This document shows, in pieces, positions 1-8,921 of a DNA stretch of 64,000 nt. The notes under the pieces were generated by a model. It ran no database searches. It was not told where the DNA came from and saw nothing but the letters and a program-made list of their open reading frames with translations. Within the stretch, counting starts at the first letter, position 1. Each line of letters begins with the position of its first letter. Source of the DNA: Vulcanimicrobiota bacterium (GTDB lineage: Bacteria > Vulcanimicrobiota > Xenobia > Xenobiales > JADMJV01). The translations under genes were made by a program, and so were the position numbers. The stretch is taken from positions 471,659-535,658 of the forward strand of contig JBFWNU010000002.1 of assembly GCA_050250895.1 (NCBI GenBank), in the 5' to 3' direction.

Positions 1-690
1 TAGAAAGTAGAAGTAGTCGCTGCCCTTCTGGAAGCCCAGCAACTGGTGCCCCATCAGGTAGCTGAAGGCGTCGGAGCCGTCGACCTCAGAGACGGTAGGC
101 AAGCCGGAGTAGAAGCTCTTGAGCTTCACTCCGTCATCGCGCACCTTCTTCTTACGCAGGTTGCCGGAATCGTAGACGTTGACGGTGGTTCCATCGGGCT
201 TTTCGACGGCCGCCAGGCGGTCGAAGTCGTCCCAGAAGTAGTTGGTCGTCGCTGGCGTACCGCTCGGGTCGAGAACCCGGGCGATCATGTTGCCATCATT
301 GTCGTGGCTAAACGACTCCACCAGAGCCGGCGAGCCCATGCCGATCGTGACCGAGCGGGAAGAAAGCTGGTCGGCGTTGTCATAGGCAAAGGTATGCAGC
401 TCGGGAGTCATCAGGTCTTGCATGTCCACGCTGATGCGGTTGTCGGACTCATCGTAGCCATACAATCGCACCACCGAAGTGCTGCCAAGGTTGGCGCCTT
501 TCTCGACCTGCACCAGGCGGTCCAGCCAATCGTAGTTGTATTTCCAGGCCACCGCGTTGGCCGTGTTGGCCGGCGTATCGACCATGGTGATGCGGTTGCC
601 GCTATCGTCGTAGGTATACTCGAAGCTGTGGATCCTCGAGCCATCCAGATGGTAGAAGAGCCGCAACAAGTTGCCATTCTCGTCCCATCC
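1..690 (-). CDS. RHS/YD-repeat protein fragment (N-terminally truncated orphan; runs off the left edge)
   Basis: Manual minus-strand translation gives GWDENGNLL..YTYDDSGNRITM..YNYDWLDRL..YGYDESDNR..FAYDNADQL..YFWDDFDRL..YLMGHQLLGFQKGSDYFYFL. There is an in-frame stop near 760 and no start codon before the YD repeats. Confidence 0.85.
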
Positions 691-782
691 CGGCTCGGTG
701 GCCGCACCGGGCGGTTTCGTTAAAGATACGGTCGGCCTCGCTGGTTCGCTCGATCGTCAGCCGGCCGCTACCTCAGGAGCGA

Positions 783-1913
783 CTATCGCTCGAATTGCCG
801 GCCCTGGCGGTCCCAGAAGCTCAAGCCGTCGGGCGCCGTGCCACGGATGAAGAGAAAGCCATCGTGCACGTTGCGATGGCAGCCCGTGCACAGGAAGATG
901 AGATTGGCCGGAACGGTCAGGCCGCCCAGGGCGAAGAAGCGGATGTGGTGGGATTGAAGCCAGATATGGTTTGGGCAGTCGGGGGTCTGGCAGCAGTAGC
1001 AGTCACGAATCTTTAGGGCTTCCGTCTGGGCGGGCGTGAGCCCGCGGGCGTCAGGGTTGAACTTCAGCTTCGGCGAGACCTCCCAGTGGGGCTCGGCGCG
1101 ACAGGCCAGTTCGACGTCCGGATTGCCAGGGCACTTCTCGCCGTCGACGGCGGTGGTAGCCATGAAGAACTCGTCCCCCGGGGGACGAACGCCCAGCTCT
1201 TGAGCCAGTTCGTGGGCCTTGCGGATGGGTCCGGCCAGCTTGCGCTGCTGCGAGGCGGCCACCGCGGCGGCTTTGGCGCGAAGTTCCTCGAGGTCTTTCT
1301 CGGTCACGGGCGCGACTTGCAAGCGTTGGGCCAGCATTAGCGCCAGGGCCTCTTTGAGTTCGACCTTGCGCCCTAGCTCGAGCGAGAGAGAATGCAAGAC
1401 TAGCTTGAGTAGCTCGCTCGTCTCGGGGTCGAGGTGCAAAGTGATCTCTTCACTCTCGACCTCGGAGGGCGGCCGCTCGCCGGGCAGGCCGCCTTTAGGA
1501 GTGGCGGCCACCAGGCGCCGGATGACCGAGGTGGAATACAGCGAGGCCAATTCGAGCCACACCAGCTCGGTCTCAGGAGTGGCCTTGCTGACGATTTCAC
1601 GCAGCTTGGCCCAACCGATGTCGCCCCGCTCGGCTGACGCGGTGATTTGTGGCAGGTCTTCGAGCTGGCGGGCCACGCGACGACAGGCGTTGGCCTCTTT
1701 CTTGGTGATCCCCAGCAGGCGGATAGCATAGTGGATGGGGCCACTGCAGCCAAAGTCCTGATAGCGACCGGTGGCTTGAAGGGCCAACAGGCAGCGGCCG
1801 AGCAAGATACGGTGGATGACCAGGCCGAAGGAAGCGCGGCGGGCCATGTGGTGGAGGGCCTCGGGTTCGAGGGCGATGAGAGCTTCGCGGGTGTGTTCTT
1901 GAAGAGGTTTCAT
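783..1913 (-). CDS. DUF222-like / HNH endonuclease domain protein (full-length copy A)
   Basis: C-terminal RDCYCCQTPDC..LQSHHIRFFALGGLTVPANLIFLCTGCHRNVH HNH/Zn motif. Helical N-terminus 'ARQLEDLPQI..GDIGWAKLREI' is typical of DUF222/REP13E12-like proteins. Confidence 0.85.
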   Translation of the reverse strand: MKPLQEHTREALIALEPEALHHMARRASFGLVIHRILLGRCLLALQATGRYQDFGCSGPIHYAIRLLGITKKEANACRRVARQLEDLPQITASAERGDIGWAKLREIVSKATPETELVWLELASLYSTSVIRRLVAATPKGGLPGERPPSEVESEEITLHLDPETSELLKLVLHSLSLELGRKVELKEALALMLAQRLQVAPVTEKDLEELRAKAAAVAASQQRKLAGPIRKAHELAQELGVRPPGDEFFMATTAVDGEKCPGNPDVELACRAEPHWEVSPKLKFNPDARGLTPAQTEALKIRDCYCCQTPDCPNHIWLQSHHIRFFALGGLTVPANLIFLCTGCHRNVHDGFLFIRGTAPDGLSFWDRQGRQFER

Positions 1914-1919
1914 ACGCCT

Positions 1920-1959
1920 ATTTTACCGAGGCGAGGGCCGTTCGAGCAAAAGATCGAAC
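1920..1959 (-). promoter_or_regulatory. Leaderless promoter (-10 TAAAAT, 6 nt before ATG) with a palindromic operator over the -35 region
   Basis: GTTCGA-GCAAAAGA-TCGAAC at 1940-1959. The core TCGAGC-N4-GATCGA has 2 mismatches to the Gram-positive LexA box. Confidence 0.45.
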
Positions 1960-2160
1960 AGGCTTGAATGGCTTGGTTATAGGGTTTTTTGGCCTTCGAG
2001 AAGATGATGTCCGGGCTTTGTAAGGGGCTCGGCGACTCGAATGTCAAAATCTTGTTTTGAGCCTCGCTGAAGAGGCCTCAGGTGGATCTATGGAGCTGTT
2101 TGGGAGCGAGGTCGTCTTATCGGCCTGGTGGCCGACTTGGAAAGTTTTTTTGAAAAAAAA

Positions 2161-2347
2161 CCGGGGGACGAACGCCCAGCTCTTGAGCCAGTTCGTGGGC
2201 CTTGCGGATGGGTCCGGCCAGCTTGCGCTGCTGCGAGGCGGCCACCGCGGCGGCTTTGGCGCGAAGTTCCTCGAGGTCTTTCTCGGTCACGGGCGCGACT
2301 TGCAAGCGTTGGGCCAGCATTAGCGCCAGGGCCTCTTTGAGTTCGAC
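2161..2347 (-). repeat. 187-bp exact copy of an internal part of HNH gene A (1178-1364)
   Basis: Direct comparison shows identity from ccgggggacgaacg to tctttgagttcgac. Confidence 0.95.
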
Positions 2348-2429
2348 ACGCCCCGAGCTTCTGGGCGGGTCAGGCTTTTCCTCGCGCGCGCCGTTCGACC
2401 GAAGGGCGCGACACCGCCCCGGTGGCGTT

Positions 2430-3278
2430 TCAATTCGCGAAACGAACTACCCCGAGAGCGTAACCCTTCGCTTTGATGCTCTCGAGTAATTGCCGCACTT
2501 TCTGAGAAACCAGAACCAGTGGCGCTGGCATTAATATTCCGCTACGCCTCCCGAGCAATTCGCTGGTTGTAACGAAGTCGGAGCCATCCCAGTCCTGCCT
2601 ACGAACAAATAGTTCCGAATGGCGGTTCAGGCCAAGCACATGACCGGCTCTTCCGACCGGGCAACGATCCCGATAATCTGAATCTCCCTCAAAAAGACTA
2701 CCCCCAACAACCGTTGGGGGGGCTATCGAAACTGTACGGGCTGTATACTTTGGCTGAAACCAAGCGATTCTCTTTCCATTCTTCGCCAGGATCGGCTCAA
2801 AATCGACCCCGGTCACACCGGCAGTTTCCAAGACCTTCACCAACGCCTCCGAAAAGATTCTCTCCGAAGACATCGAACTCGTCATCACCCTCTTTTTTGG
2901 AATGGAACTAGGCCGAAGATAGAGCGGACCTATTTGGCTCCGCCCTGCTCCACAAACATCACAAGAGGTCGACTCATCATATTTTGTACCACATTCCTCG
3001 CCTGTGGGCTCAAAGGCATCCCATACGGTTAGAAGGAGGAGGGACGCTGCGCTAAGCTCCGCCTTGGTGTATCGATAGGAAATGTCCCAGCCAGAAAACA
3101 GGTGGTCCCCCCGACTGCGTAGCTCTTGCTGGAGCGATCTTATCGTTGGGAGGCGCGGGTCATCATGCGAGACCTGAATCACTCTGACTGGAATCGGGTC
3201 TAAAGACTTCCCCTCGTTGGGCAAAAATACCCGATGTGCGGGCGCTTCTTTGACTCGTAGCTCGTAGATTTGCTTCAA
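2430..3278 (-). CDS. Putative immunity protein (Imm11/double-CXXCG-like)
   Basis: Lower GC; start overlaps the stop of the upstream RHS tip (TTGA). Contains CDVCG and two Imm11-like tails, 'IFSEALVKVLETAGVTGVDFEPI' and 'LVSQKVRQLLESIKAKG'. Confidence 0.6.
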   Translation of the reverse strand: MKQIYELRVKEAPAHRVFLPNEGKSLDPIPVRVIQVSHDDPRLPTIRSLQQELRSRGDHLFSGWDISYRYTKAELSAASLLLLTVWDAFEPTGEECGTKYDESTSCDVCGAGRSQIGPLYLRPSSIPKKRVMTSSMSSERIFSEALVKVLETAGVTGVDFEPILAKNGKRIAWFQPKYTARTVSIAPPTVVGGSLFEGDSDYRDRCPVGRAGHVLGLNRHSELFVRRQDWDGSDFVTTSELLGRRSGILMPAPLVLVSQKVRQLLESIKAKGYALGVVRFAN

Positions 3279-3605
3279 TATCTTGGTCCTATCGCGTCTC
3301 TAGGATGAGTTAGGTGAGGCGCGGCTTCCATCCACACTCTGTGCTTCGCGTCGCGGCGGACAAGCGGATACCTTTCGAAGGTTTCGTCTATTGCTTCTTG
3401 AACCTCCTGCAACGTGCGCCGAGGGGGGGCGCCGCTTGCGAAACCGGGTTTCCCCTTTGATAGCTCGTGATAGGCTGATGGTATGCAGAATCCAATGGGA
3501 CGGGTTCCCCCGCGGGTTTGTCCCATCCGGGTCCACACAGGTCAACGGATTGTTTCCGCAGTAGGCATCCAGGTTCATGCCGCCGCTGTAACCGATGGGA
3601 TCGCG
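3275..3605 (-). pseudogene. RHS core end plus frameshifted or deleted C-terminal toxin remnant
   Basis: RDPIGYSGGMNLDAYCGNNPLTCVDPDG is the canonical RHS core terminus. The frame ending at 3275, which couples to the immunity gene, differs from the core frame. Confidence 0.8.
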
Positions 3606-3651
3606 CACCAGAAGCGCGGGTCTGGACCGGCGCGCCCAGCTGGGTGCGGCG

Positions 3652-4060
3652 GGAGTGGCGGCCACCAGGCGCCGGATGACCGAGGTGGAATACAGCGAGG
3701 CCAATTCGAGCCACACCAGCTCGGTCTCAGGAGTGGCCTTGCTGACGATTTCACGCAGCTTGGCCCAACCGATGTCGCCCCGCTCGGCTGCCGCGGTGAT
3801 TTGTGGCAGGTCTTCGAGCTGGCGGGCCACGCGACGACAGGTGTTGGCCTCTTTCTTGGTGATTTCCTAGCAGGCGGATGGCATAGTGGATAGGGCCACT
3901 CCAGCCAAAGTCCTGATAGCGACCGGTGGCTTGAAGGGCCAGCAGGCAGCGGCCCAGGATGACGCGATGAATGACCAGGCCGCTGCTGCCGCGACGGGTC
4001 ATGTGGTGGAGGGCCTCGGGTTCGAGGGCGATGAGAGAGGTTTCATACGCCTATTTTACC
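3652..4060 (-). pseudogene. 5' part of a second HNH gene copy (homologous to ~1498-1927), frameshifted
   Basis: Near-identical to copy A including promoter taaaataggcgtATG. Has a deletion of about 20 bp near the start at an 'agag' microhomology and a 1-bp insertion near 3865. Confidence 0.92.
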
Positions 4061-4342
4061 TCAGTGCGCGCGCCAGCCTGGCAAGCCGGCTGCACCGAGG
4101 TATGGCCGAGCGACGGAGAAGTCCCCCGGCCGTTCGCGGCTCAGAGGCTGGCCACCCCGGTTCTTGCCTAGTCGAACATCTGTCCAAGCTCCGCAAGCAA
4201 GGCATCTTACAACCAGCGAATGCGCTGGTGTGCCTACAGGCAGGAGTTCTAGAGGAGACGAGCCGCATTCCGGACACTTAAGCTCGGCCTCTAGATTCTC
4301 CTCAAGTTTTGCCAAGGTCTTCACCCACAGTTTGGTATTCAT
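4061..4342 (-). CDS. Small Zn-ribbon protein, possible immunity protein
   Basis: CPECG..CLACG motifs. Start overlaps (ATGA) the stop of a short upstream frame (..RRDLASLEAKATYTFCRNADKAFFSR*). Confidence 0.5.
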   Translation of the reverse strand: MNTKLWVKTLAKLEENLEAELKCPECGSSPLELLPVGTPAHSLVVRCLACGAWTDVRLGKNRGGQPLSRERPGDFSVARPYLGAAGLPGWRAH

Positions 4343-4466
4343 CTCGAGAAGAATGCCTTATCTGCGTTTCTGCAAAACGTGTAAGTCGCCTTCGCCTCTA
4401 ATGAAGCCAGGTCTCGCCGCAATCCGGTGGAGCTGGACCGAGCCCCGATGACCGACCCGCTGGTCG

Positions 4467-5096
4467 CTAGCTCCTCGCCCCTGTGAGTGCGGCATAGCTG
4501 TTCATCAAGTTGCGATAGTTGGGAATGTGAGCCGAAAACAGCGATCCCAGCCCTTCAATGTCGTTACGCCAATCGCGGTGGAGTTCACAGGCCATGGCAA
4601 ACCAGGTGAGCAACTGAACCCCCGCAGCCTGCATTCTGAGCCAGGCGCTTTCCCGGGTTACCTCGCTGAAGGTCCCGCTGGCGTCGGTAATGACGAAGAC
4701 CTCGTATCCGGCCTCGATGGCCGAAAGAGCCGGAAAGGCTACGCAAACCTCCGTGACTACGCCGGCGATGATGAGTTGTTTCTTGCCTGTGGCCTCGACC
4801 GCGTTCAGGAAGTCTTGATTGTCCCAAGCATTGATCTGTCCTGGTCGAGCGATGTAGGGCGCATCGGAGAACATTTCCTTCAGCTCCGGAACCAGGGGAC
4901 CGTTGGGGCCTTGCTCAAAACTCGTGGTAAGAATCGTGGGAAGCCCGAAATATTTGCCGCAGGCCGCCAGAGCCAGGACACTGTTTTTGAACTCGCTGGG
5001 CGAAAAATCTTGCACGAGCGAAATGAGACCGGTCTGGTGGTCCACCAGCAAGAGGGCAGCGTCGTCTTTGTCGAGTTTGCGATACCTGATAGTCAT
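4467..5096 (-). CDS. ycaC: YcaC-type isochorismatase-family cysteine hydrolase
   Basis: LLLVDHQTGL, TTSFEQGPNGPL, RPGQINAWDN, AGVVTEVCVAFPALSA, ELHRDWR. RBS gaggaaaggg precedes ATG 5096. Confidence 0.92.
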   Translation of the reverse strand: MTIRYRKLDKDDAALLLVDHQTGLISLVQDFSPSEFKNSVLALAACGKYFGLPTILTTSFEQGPNGPLVPELKEMFSDAPYIARPGQINAWDNQDFLNAVEATGKKQLIIAGVVTEVCVAFPALSAIEAGYEVFVITDASGTFSEVTRESAWLRMQAAGVQLLTWFAMACELHRDWRNDIEGLGSLFSAHIPNYRNLMNSYAALTGARS

Positions 5097-5168
5097 GATG
5101 GAATCCCTTTCCTCAGGAGAATACTTAGAGTCTATGCTCTCACTCACCCTTCTGGGAAGTGACCAGAA

Positions 5169-6131
5169 TCAGAATGCAGCGTTCTCTTTTTCAGAACGCC
5201 AGGGAGGGGGAAGCTCCTGCTCCCAAGGAGGATCTCGTTTCAGAGACTCCTCGACATGCTCAGCCAATAGACGTACACGAAGCAAGCGCGAGCGACGAGG
5301 AGCACAACCCAGGACGATTCGGTCCGGCCTGGGCTCATCGTTGGGAAGGACACGAACGAGGCGTCCCGCTCGCAAATCATCAGCCACAATAAACAGCGGC
5401 AGAACGGTGATCCCAAAGCCCGACACCGCCGCGTCCCTCATCATTTCCCCGTTGTTTGTAGTCAGCCGACTGCCGGCGGGCAGCAGTTGTTCGGCCCCGG
5501 ATTTCTCCACAAAACTCCAAAGGCGTTCTCCCTCCAGGTTGGCATAACCGATACCCAGATGAGCGATCAACTCCCTTCGATCTCGAGGGACCCCAAACTT
5601 CTTTACATAGGCGGGGCTGCAACATACTGCTCTGCGGCTAAACCCGATCTCGGTCCAGTTTTCCGTTTTTTGAGGCGGCTCGCTGGTGATACGCACTCCC
5701 AGGTCGTAGCCCTCGGCAGCCAGGTCCACTCTATGATCGTGAAGTTCAATCTGCATTTCGATCCTAGAGTATTTCTTCAAGAAGTCCAGCAAGACGGGAC
5801 TCAAGAAGGCGTTCGTGAAAGAGGTTGGAACGCTCACCTTAAGCGTTCCGCTGACTTTCGTGAAGTCAGCCGCCAGCGAATCCGCGGCGGCATCGAGCGC
5901 CAGCAAAGCATCAGAGATCTGAGCGTAATACTGAGCTCCACGTTCGGTCAACTCCACCCCTTTGTTGGAGCGACGCAACAGCTCCGCTCCGAGAGCGGTT
6001 TCTAGACGGACCATCCTCTGGCTCACCATAGATTTGGCGATGTCCAACTGCCTCGCCGCTTTGCTGATGCTTCCCGACTCCACGACAGTAAGAAAGGTGC
6101 GAATATCTATCAGCTCATAGTGTCCGATCAA
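5169..6131 (-). CDS. LysR family transcriptional regulator (CrgA/DmlR-like)
   Basis: N-terminal HTH 'FLTVVESGSISKAARQL..SMVSQRMVRLETALGAELLRR' and 'VDLAAEGYDLGVRI'. Confidence 0.93.
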   Translation of the reverse strand: MIGHYELIDIRTFLTVVESGSISKAARQLDIAKSMVSQRMVRLETALGAELLRRSNKGVELTERGAQYYAQISDALLALDAAADSLAADFTKVSGTLKVSVPTSFTNAFLSPVLLDFLKKYSRIEMQIELHDHRVDLAAEGYDLGVRITSEPPQKTENWTEIGFSRRAVCCSPAYVKKFGVPRDRRELIAHLGIGYANLEGERLWSFVEKSGAEQLLPAGSRLTTNNGEMMRDAAVSGFGITVLPLFIVADDLRAGRLVRVLPNDEPRPDRIVLGCAPRRSRLLRVRLLAEHVEESLKRDPPWEQELPPPWRSEKENAAF

Positions 6132-6314
6132 AGCTTCCCTCTCCCTTGCGTGGAGTTTCGGTTCTTGCCAGGGCCGTCAATACCCTCAAGTTCGGATGCT
6201 TACCTGTGGATTGGGTCCGCCGTCGAGGATTCAGTCGCGACTCGGAAAGGACCCCGGGTGCCTACCCTCTTCACCGTCACTCGTCCTTGCTCACGTCCCA
6301 GAGCGTGTTTCAGT

Positions 6315-6713
6315 CTAGTCAGCGCACTGCGAAGTGGGCGGCGCAAGCCAACCTTTCCCATGACACCGGAAACAGACGACATTCTTGTTACGAGGCGACC
6401 AGCGTGTTCCTTGGCAGATGTCGCAGTCATCTGCGGCGGGCGGGGCAGGTTCAACTAGCTGAAGCAGCTCTGGGAGTTCGAGAAAACGGGCCGCATGAAC
6501 AAGAAAAGTGCTGGCTTCGTCGGGTTCGGCATCCTCCAACGGAGAAGAATCGACAATGCCGTCCCCCTCGACGAGAACTCTTCCGTCCCGGGTCAGGTAA
6601 CTGACCAAACCAATGCCTGAGGTCAAAACGATGGCATCGCCTGCATTTTCGGCTAAAATATTCTTCTCTAGCTGCCAGAGTTTGATCTTGTCGAATAGCT
6701 CGGCCGAGATCAT
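6315..6713 (-). CDS. Hypothetical protein with C-terminal CxxCxG..CxxCxGxG Zn finger; probable immunity protein
   Basis: CDICQG..CFRCHGKG. ATGA overlap with the upstream toxin-like remnant; lower GC. Confidence 0.6.
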   Translation of the reverse strand: MISAELFDKIKLWQLEKNILAENAGDAIVLTSGIGLVSYLTRDGRVLVEGDGIVDSSPLEDAEPDEASTFLVHAARFLELPELLQLVEPAPPAADDCDICQGTRWSPRNKNVVCFRCHGKGWLAPPTSQCAD

Positions 6714-6930
6714 GGCTTCTTGGGAATGGCCCGACGACTCTTTAACCAGTTTACAATCACATCGTTCGCGTGTTCGAAAGCTTCGTTGATCCTTCCTACA
6801 AAGACCTTCCCCTCTCTATCAACCAGCAGGCCCCACCTGCTTCTGTCGGGTCGCCCCGTCTGAAATCCGTGCTGTGCTCGGTAATATACGCCCATTAATC
6901 TGGCGGCTAGCTGTTGCCGAGATGCTGCAG
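6710..6930 (-). pseudogene. Probable polymorphic toxin C-terminal remnant
   Basis: Low-GC frame coupled to 6315-6713, lying downstream of a YD fragment, with no credible start. Confidence 0.4.
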
Positions 6931-7003
6931 CTGTTTCTTCGAGCAGGCACGGGGCTGAGCCCCGTCGCGGATGACACACGAATGACAGCACCAGCCCCCG
7001 TAG

Positions 7004-7165
7004 CTAGTTCTCGACCACCGTCCTGGTGGGGAGCGAGAGTGTCTTCCTTGTCCGGTTGCCGACCTCGTCGAACTGATAGCTGGCGCTCATCACGGGAGTT
7101 AGCCCGTTTGCGCAATCGATCTGGCTCAACCGGCCACGGTCGTCGTAGGTCGCGCCATAGTCGGT
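7004..7165 (-). pseudogene. Short RHS/YD-repeat remnant
   Basis: ATYDDRGRLSQI..YQFDEVGNRTRKT followed by a stop. Confidence 0.7.
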
Positions 7166-7220
7166 GGTGGCTGGCCTACCGCTCGGATGAGAACCCGGAC
7201 GCCAGCCCCTCCGCGCACAC

Positions 7221-8264
7221 GTGGGTCGCGAATTCTGGACCCTCGAAAACTTGAGCAAGCTCCCTCACGAGCGGCTGGAAAGGGTGATCCGTCGCCTGGC
7301 CAACACCCTGGCCCTGACTCGCATCCTGCTGGGGCGATGTTTATTGGCTATCGAGCGCACCGATTTTTGCGCCGAGACCGGCTGCCATTCGGCTCTCCAC
7401 TTCGCCCGGCTGATCAAAGTCGAGAAACGCGAGGCGCTAGATTCGATGCGGATCGCCGGCCATCTCGAAGAGCTGCCGCTGTTTTCCAAAGCCTACGAAG
7501 AGAACCGAATTTGCTGGTCCAATCTGCGCGTGGTCACCCGCATCGTGACGCCCGAGACCGAAGAGGCCTGGCTTGACCTGGCGGTGCGCCTCAAGCCTCA
7601 TCGGCTGGCTCGCCTGGTGGCCGGGGCCAATCGCGGCGACACTCCGGCCGAGGCGGCCCTGAATATGGTAGAGGAGGTTGAGCTTCGTTTTCGGGTCGCT
7701 CCTGAAGTGTCCGAGCTGTGGTCGCGAGCCGTGACCGTGATCTCGAGAGACCATGGGGGCACGGTCAAACCGGCCGAGGCGTTCGAATGGATCCTGGCCG
7801 ACTTTCTGGGTGGCCAGGTAGAGCAGCTCAAGGTTGAGGCCGCCCAGGACCTGGTCGCTCCGGTCGAGGCGCTGGCGATGCAGACACACGTGTGTCCGGG
7901 CGAGTCGAAACTGCAGTTGGCCGGACGGCTGCGGTTCAGTCCGAGCAAGCGTCAGGCGACTGCCGCCCAGCGCCGGGCAGTGCTGCGGCGGGATGGCTAT
8001 CGCTGCTCTTGCCCGGGCTGCCCCAACAGACTCTGGCTCGATGTGCATCACGTAGTGTTCTACTGTCGCGGCGGACCGACCGTGCCTGAGAATCTGGTGG
8101 TGGTGTCCTCGCGCTGCCACAAGAACATCCATCGGGGCATCCTGCGCGTTAGCGGGGTGGCTCCCCAGGGGCTGGTCTGGCGTGATCGCCGGGGGCGCGA
8201 GCTGGAACGCGAGCCCGAGAGCGGGCTATTGGAATGGCTGCTGGAGTGGGCTCACGCTGGCTAG
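7221..8264 (+). CDS. DUF222-like / HNH endonuclease domain protein (diverged paralogue B)
   Basis: Shares 'RILLGRCLLA', 'TPETE..WL.LA' and 'CPN.LWL..HH..F...GG.TVP.NL' with copy A. The second CxxC reads SSRC. Confidence 0.85.
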   Translation: MGREFWTLENLSKLPHERLERVIRRLANTLALTRILLGRCLLAIERTDFCAETGCHSALHFARLIKVEKREALDSMRIAGHLEELPLFSKAYEENRICWSNLRVVTRIVTPETEEAWLDLAVRLKPHRLARLVAGANRGDTPAEAALNMVEEVELRFRVAPEVSELWSRAVTVISRDHGGTVKPAEAFEWILADFLGGQVEQLKVEAAQDLVAPVEALAMQTHVCPGESKLQLAGRLRFSPSKRQATAAQRRAVLRRDGYRCSCPGCPNRLWLDVHHVVFYCRGGPTVPENLVVVSSRCHKNIHRGILRVSGVAPQGLVWRDRRGRELEREPESGLLEWLLEWAHAG

Positions 8265-8408
8265 GTTGCGGCGACGGAGAAGTGACCCCCGCTACTAGAC
8301 CTTTTTCTCGCGGAGGGGGTCGCTGAGCGGTCGCCCCCCGGGGCGCTACCGTTCCGCGCGCAGTTCCATCAGGTTCGACGTGGTCTGAGAGCTGGGCCCG
8401 AGCGCCTT

Positions 8409-8921
8409 TCAGTCACGGTCACGCCCTTCTCCGTTGCAGTCCTTGCTCACGTCCTGCGGCGCTGGCGAGCGCCCATCTTTGGCCAAAGGGCGCGCCAGCA
8501 CCCCGGTGACGTTTCTCTCTACGATCCTTCGCCTGAAATTGTCTGCCAACCGAGTCAAGAAGGGCGAATCGTCTCCTGGCGGAGGTCCGAACTCATAAAC
8601 GTATGGATACTCAGAGTCCAACTCGGACTTTGGCCTGATAAACATTCCTGGCCTCATAAAGGGCCTAGTTGCCTCGTTGACTTCGACCCGGAAAAGCCAT
8701 CGACGCGGACGTCTCGCAAACGGCGGCGTCGATGGCCGCAGCCTAATCGGTCCCAAGACGGTATTCTCTGTGCCTATCTCGCAATGAATGAATGAAGGAT
8801 ATCGCTCTTCGGCCCGTTTGGGAATCAACTCGTAGAGATCTAATCCCAGTCCACTCTCCAAACCGCGAGAATCCACGGGCTCCCGTATTGCTACGACTTT
8901 CCATCTCCAAGTCTCGCTCAT
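8409..8921 (-). CDS. Putative immunity protein
   Basis: ATGA-coupled to an RHS tip remnant; lower GC; Imm11-like tail 'LADNFRRRIVERNVTGV'. Confidence 0.5.
   Translation of the reverse strand: MSETWRWKVVAIREPVDSRGLESGLGLDLYELIPKRAEERYPSFIHCEIGTENTVLGPIRLRPSTPPFARRPRRWLFRVEVNEATRPFMRPGMFIRPKSELDSEYPYVYEFGPPPGDDSPFLTRLADNFRRRIVERNVTGVLARPLAKDGRSPAPQDVSKDCNGEGRDRD

Noticed and set aside
46-723. 225-aa plus-strand ORF and many other long antisense or alternative-frame ORFs across the window
   Set aside because: Shadow ORFs typical of high-GC DNA; the opposite strand carries recognisable genes (here an RHS fragment).
783-1913. IscB/Cas9-like or group II intron-encoded nuclease
   Set aside because: No RuvC, PLMP or reverse transcriptase motifs; only a DUF222-like helical region plus HNH.
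3300-3830. 176-aa HNH-RHS fusion ORF as a functional gene
   Set aside because: It arises from a recombination junction; the upstream part is frameshifted and the toxin tip is in another frame.
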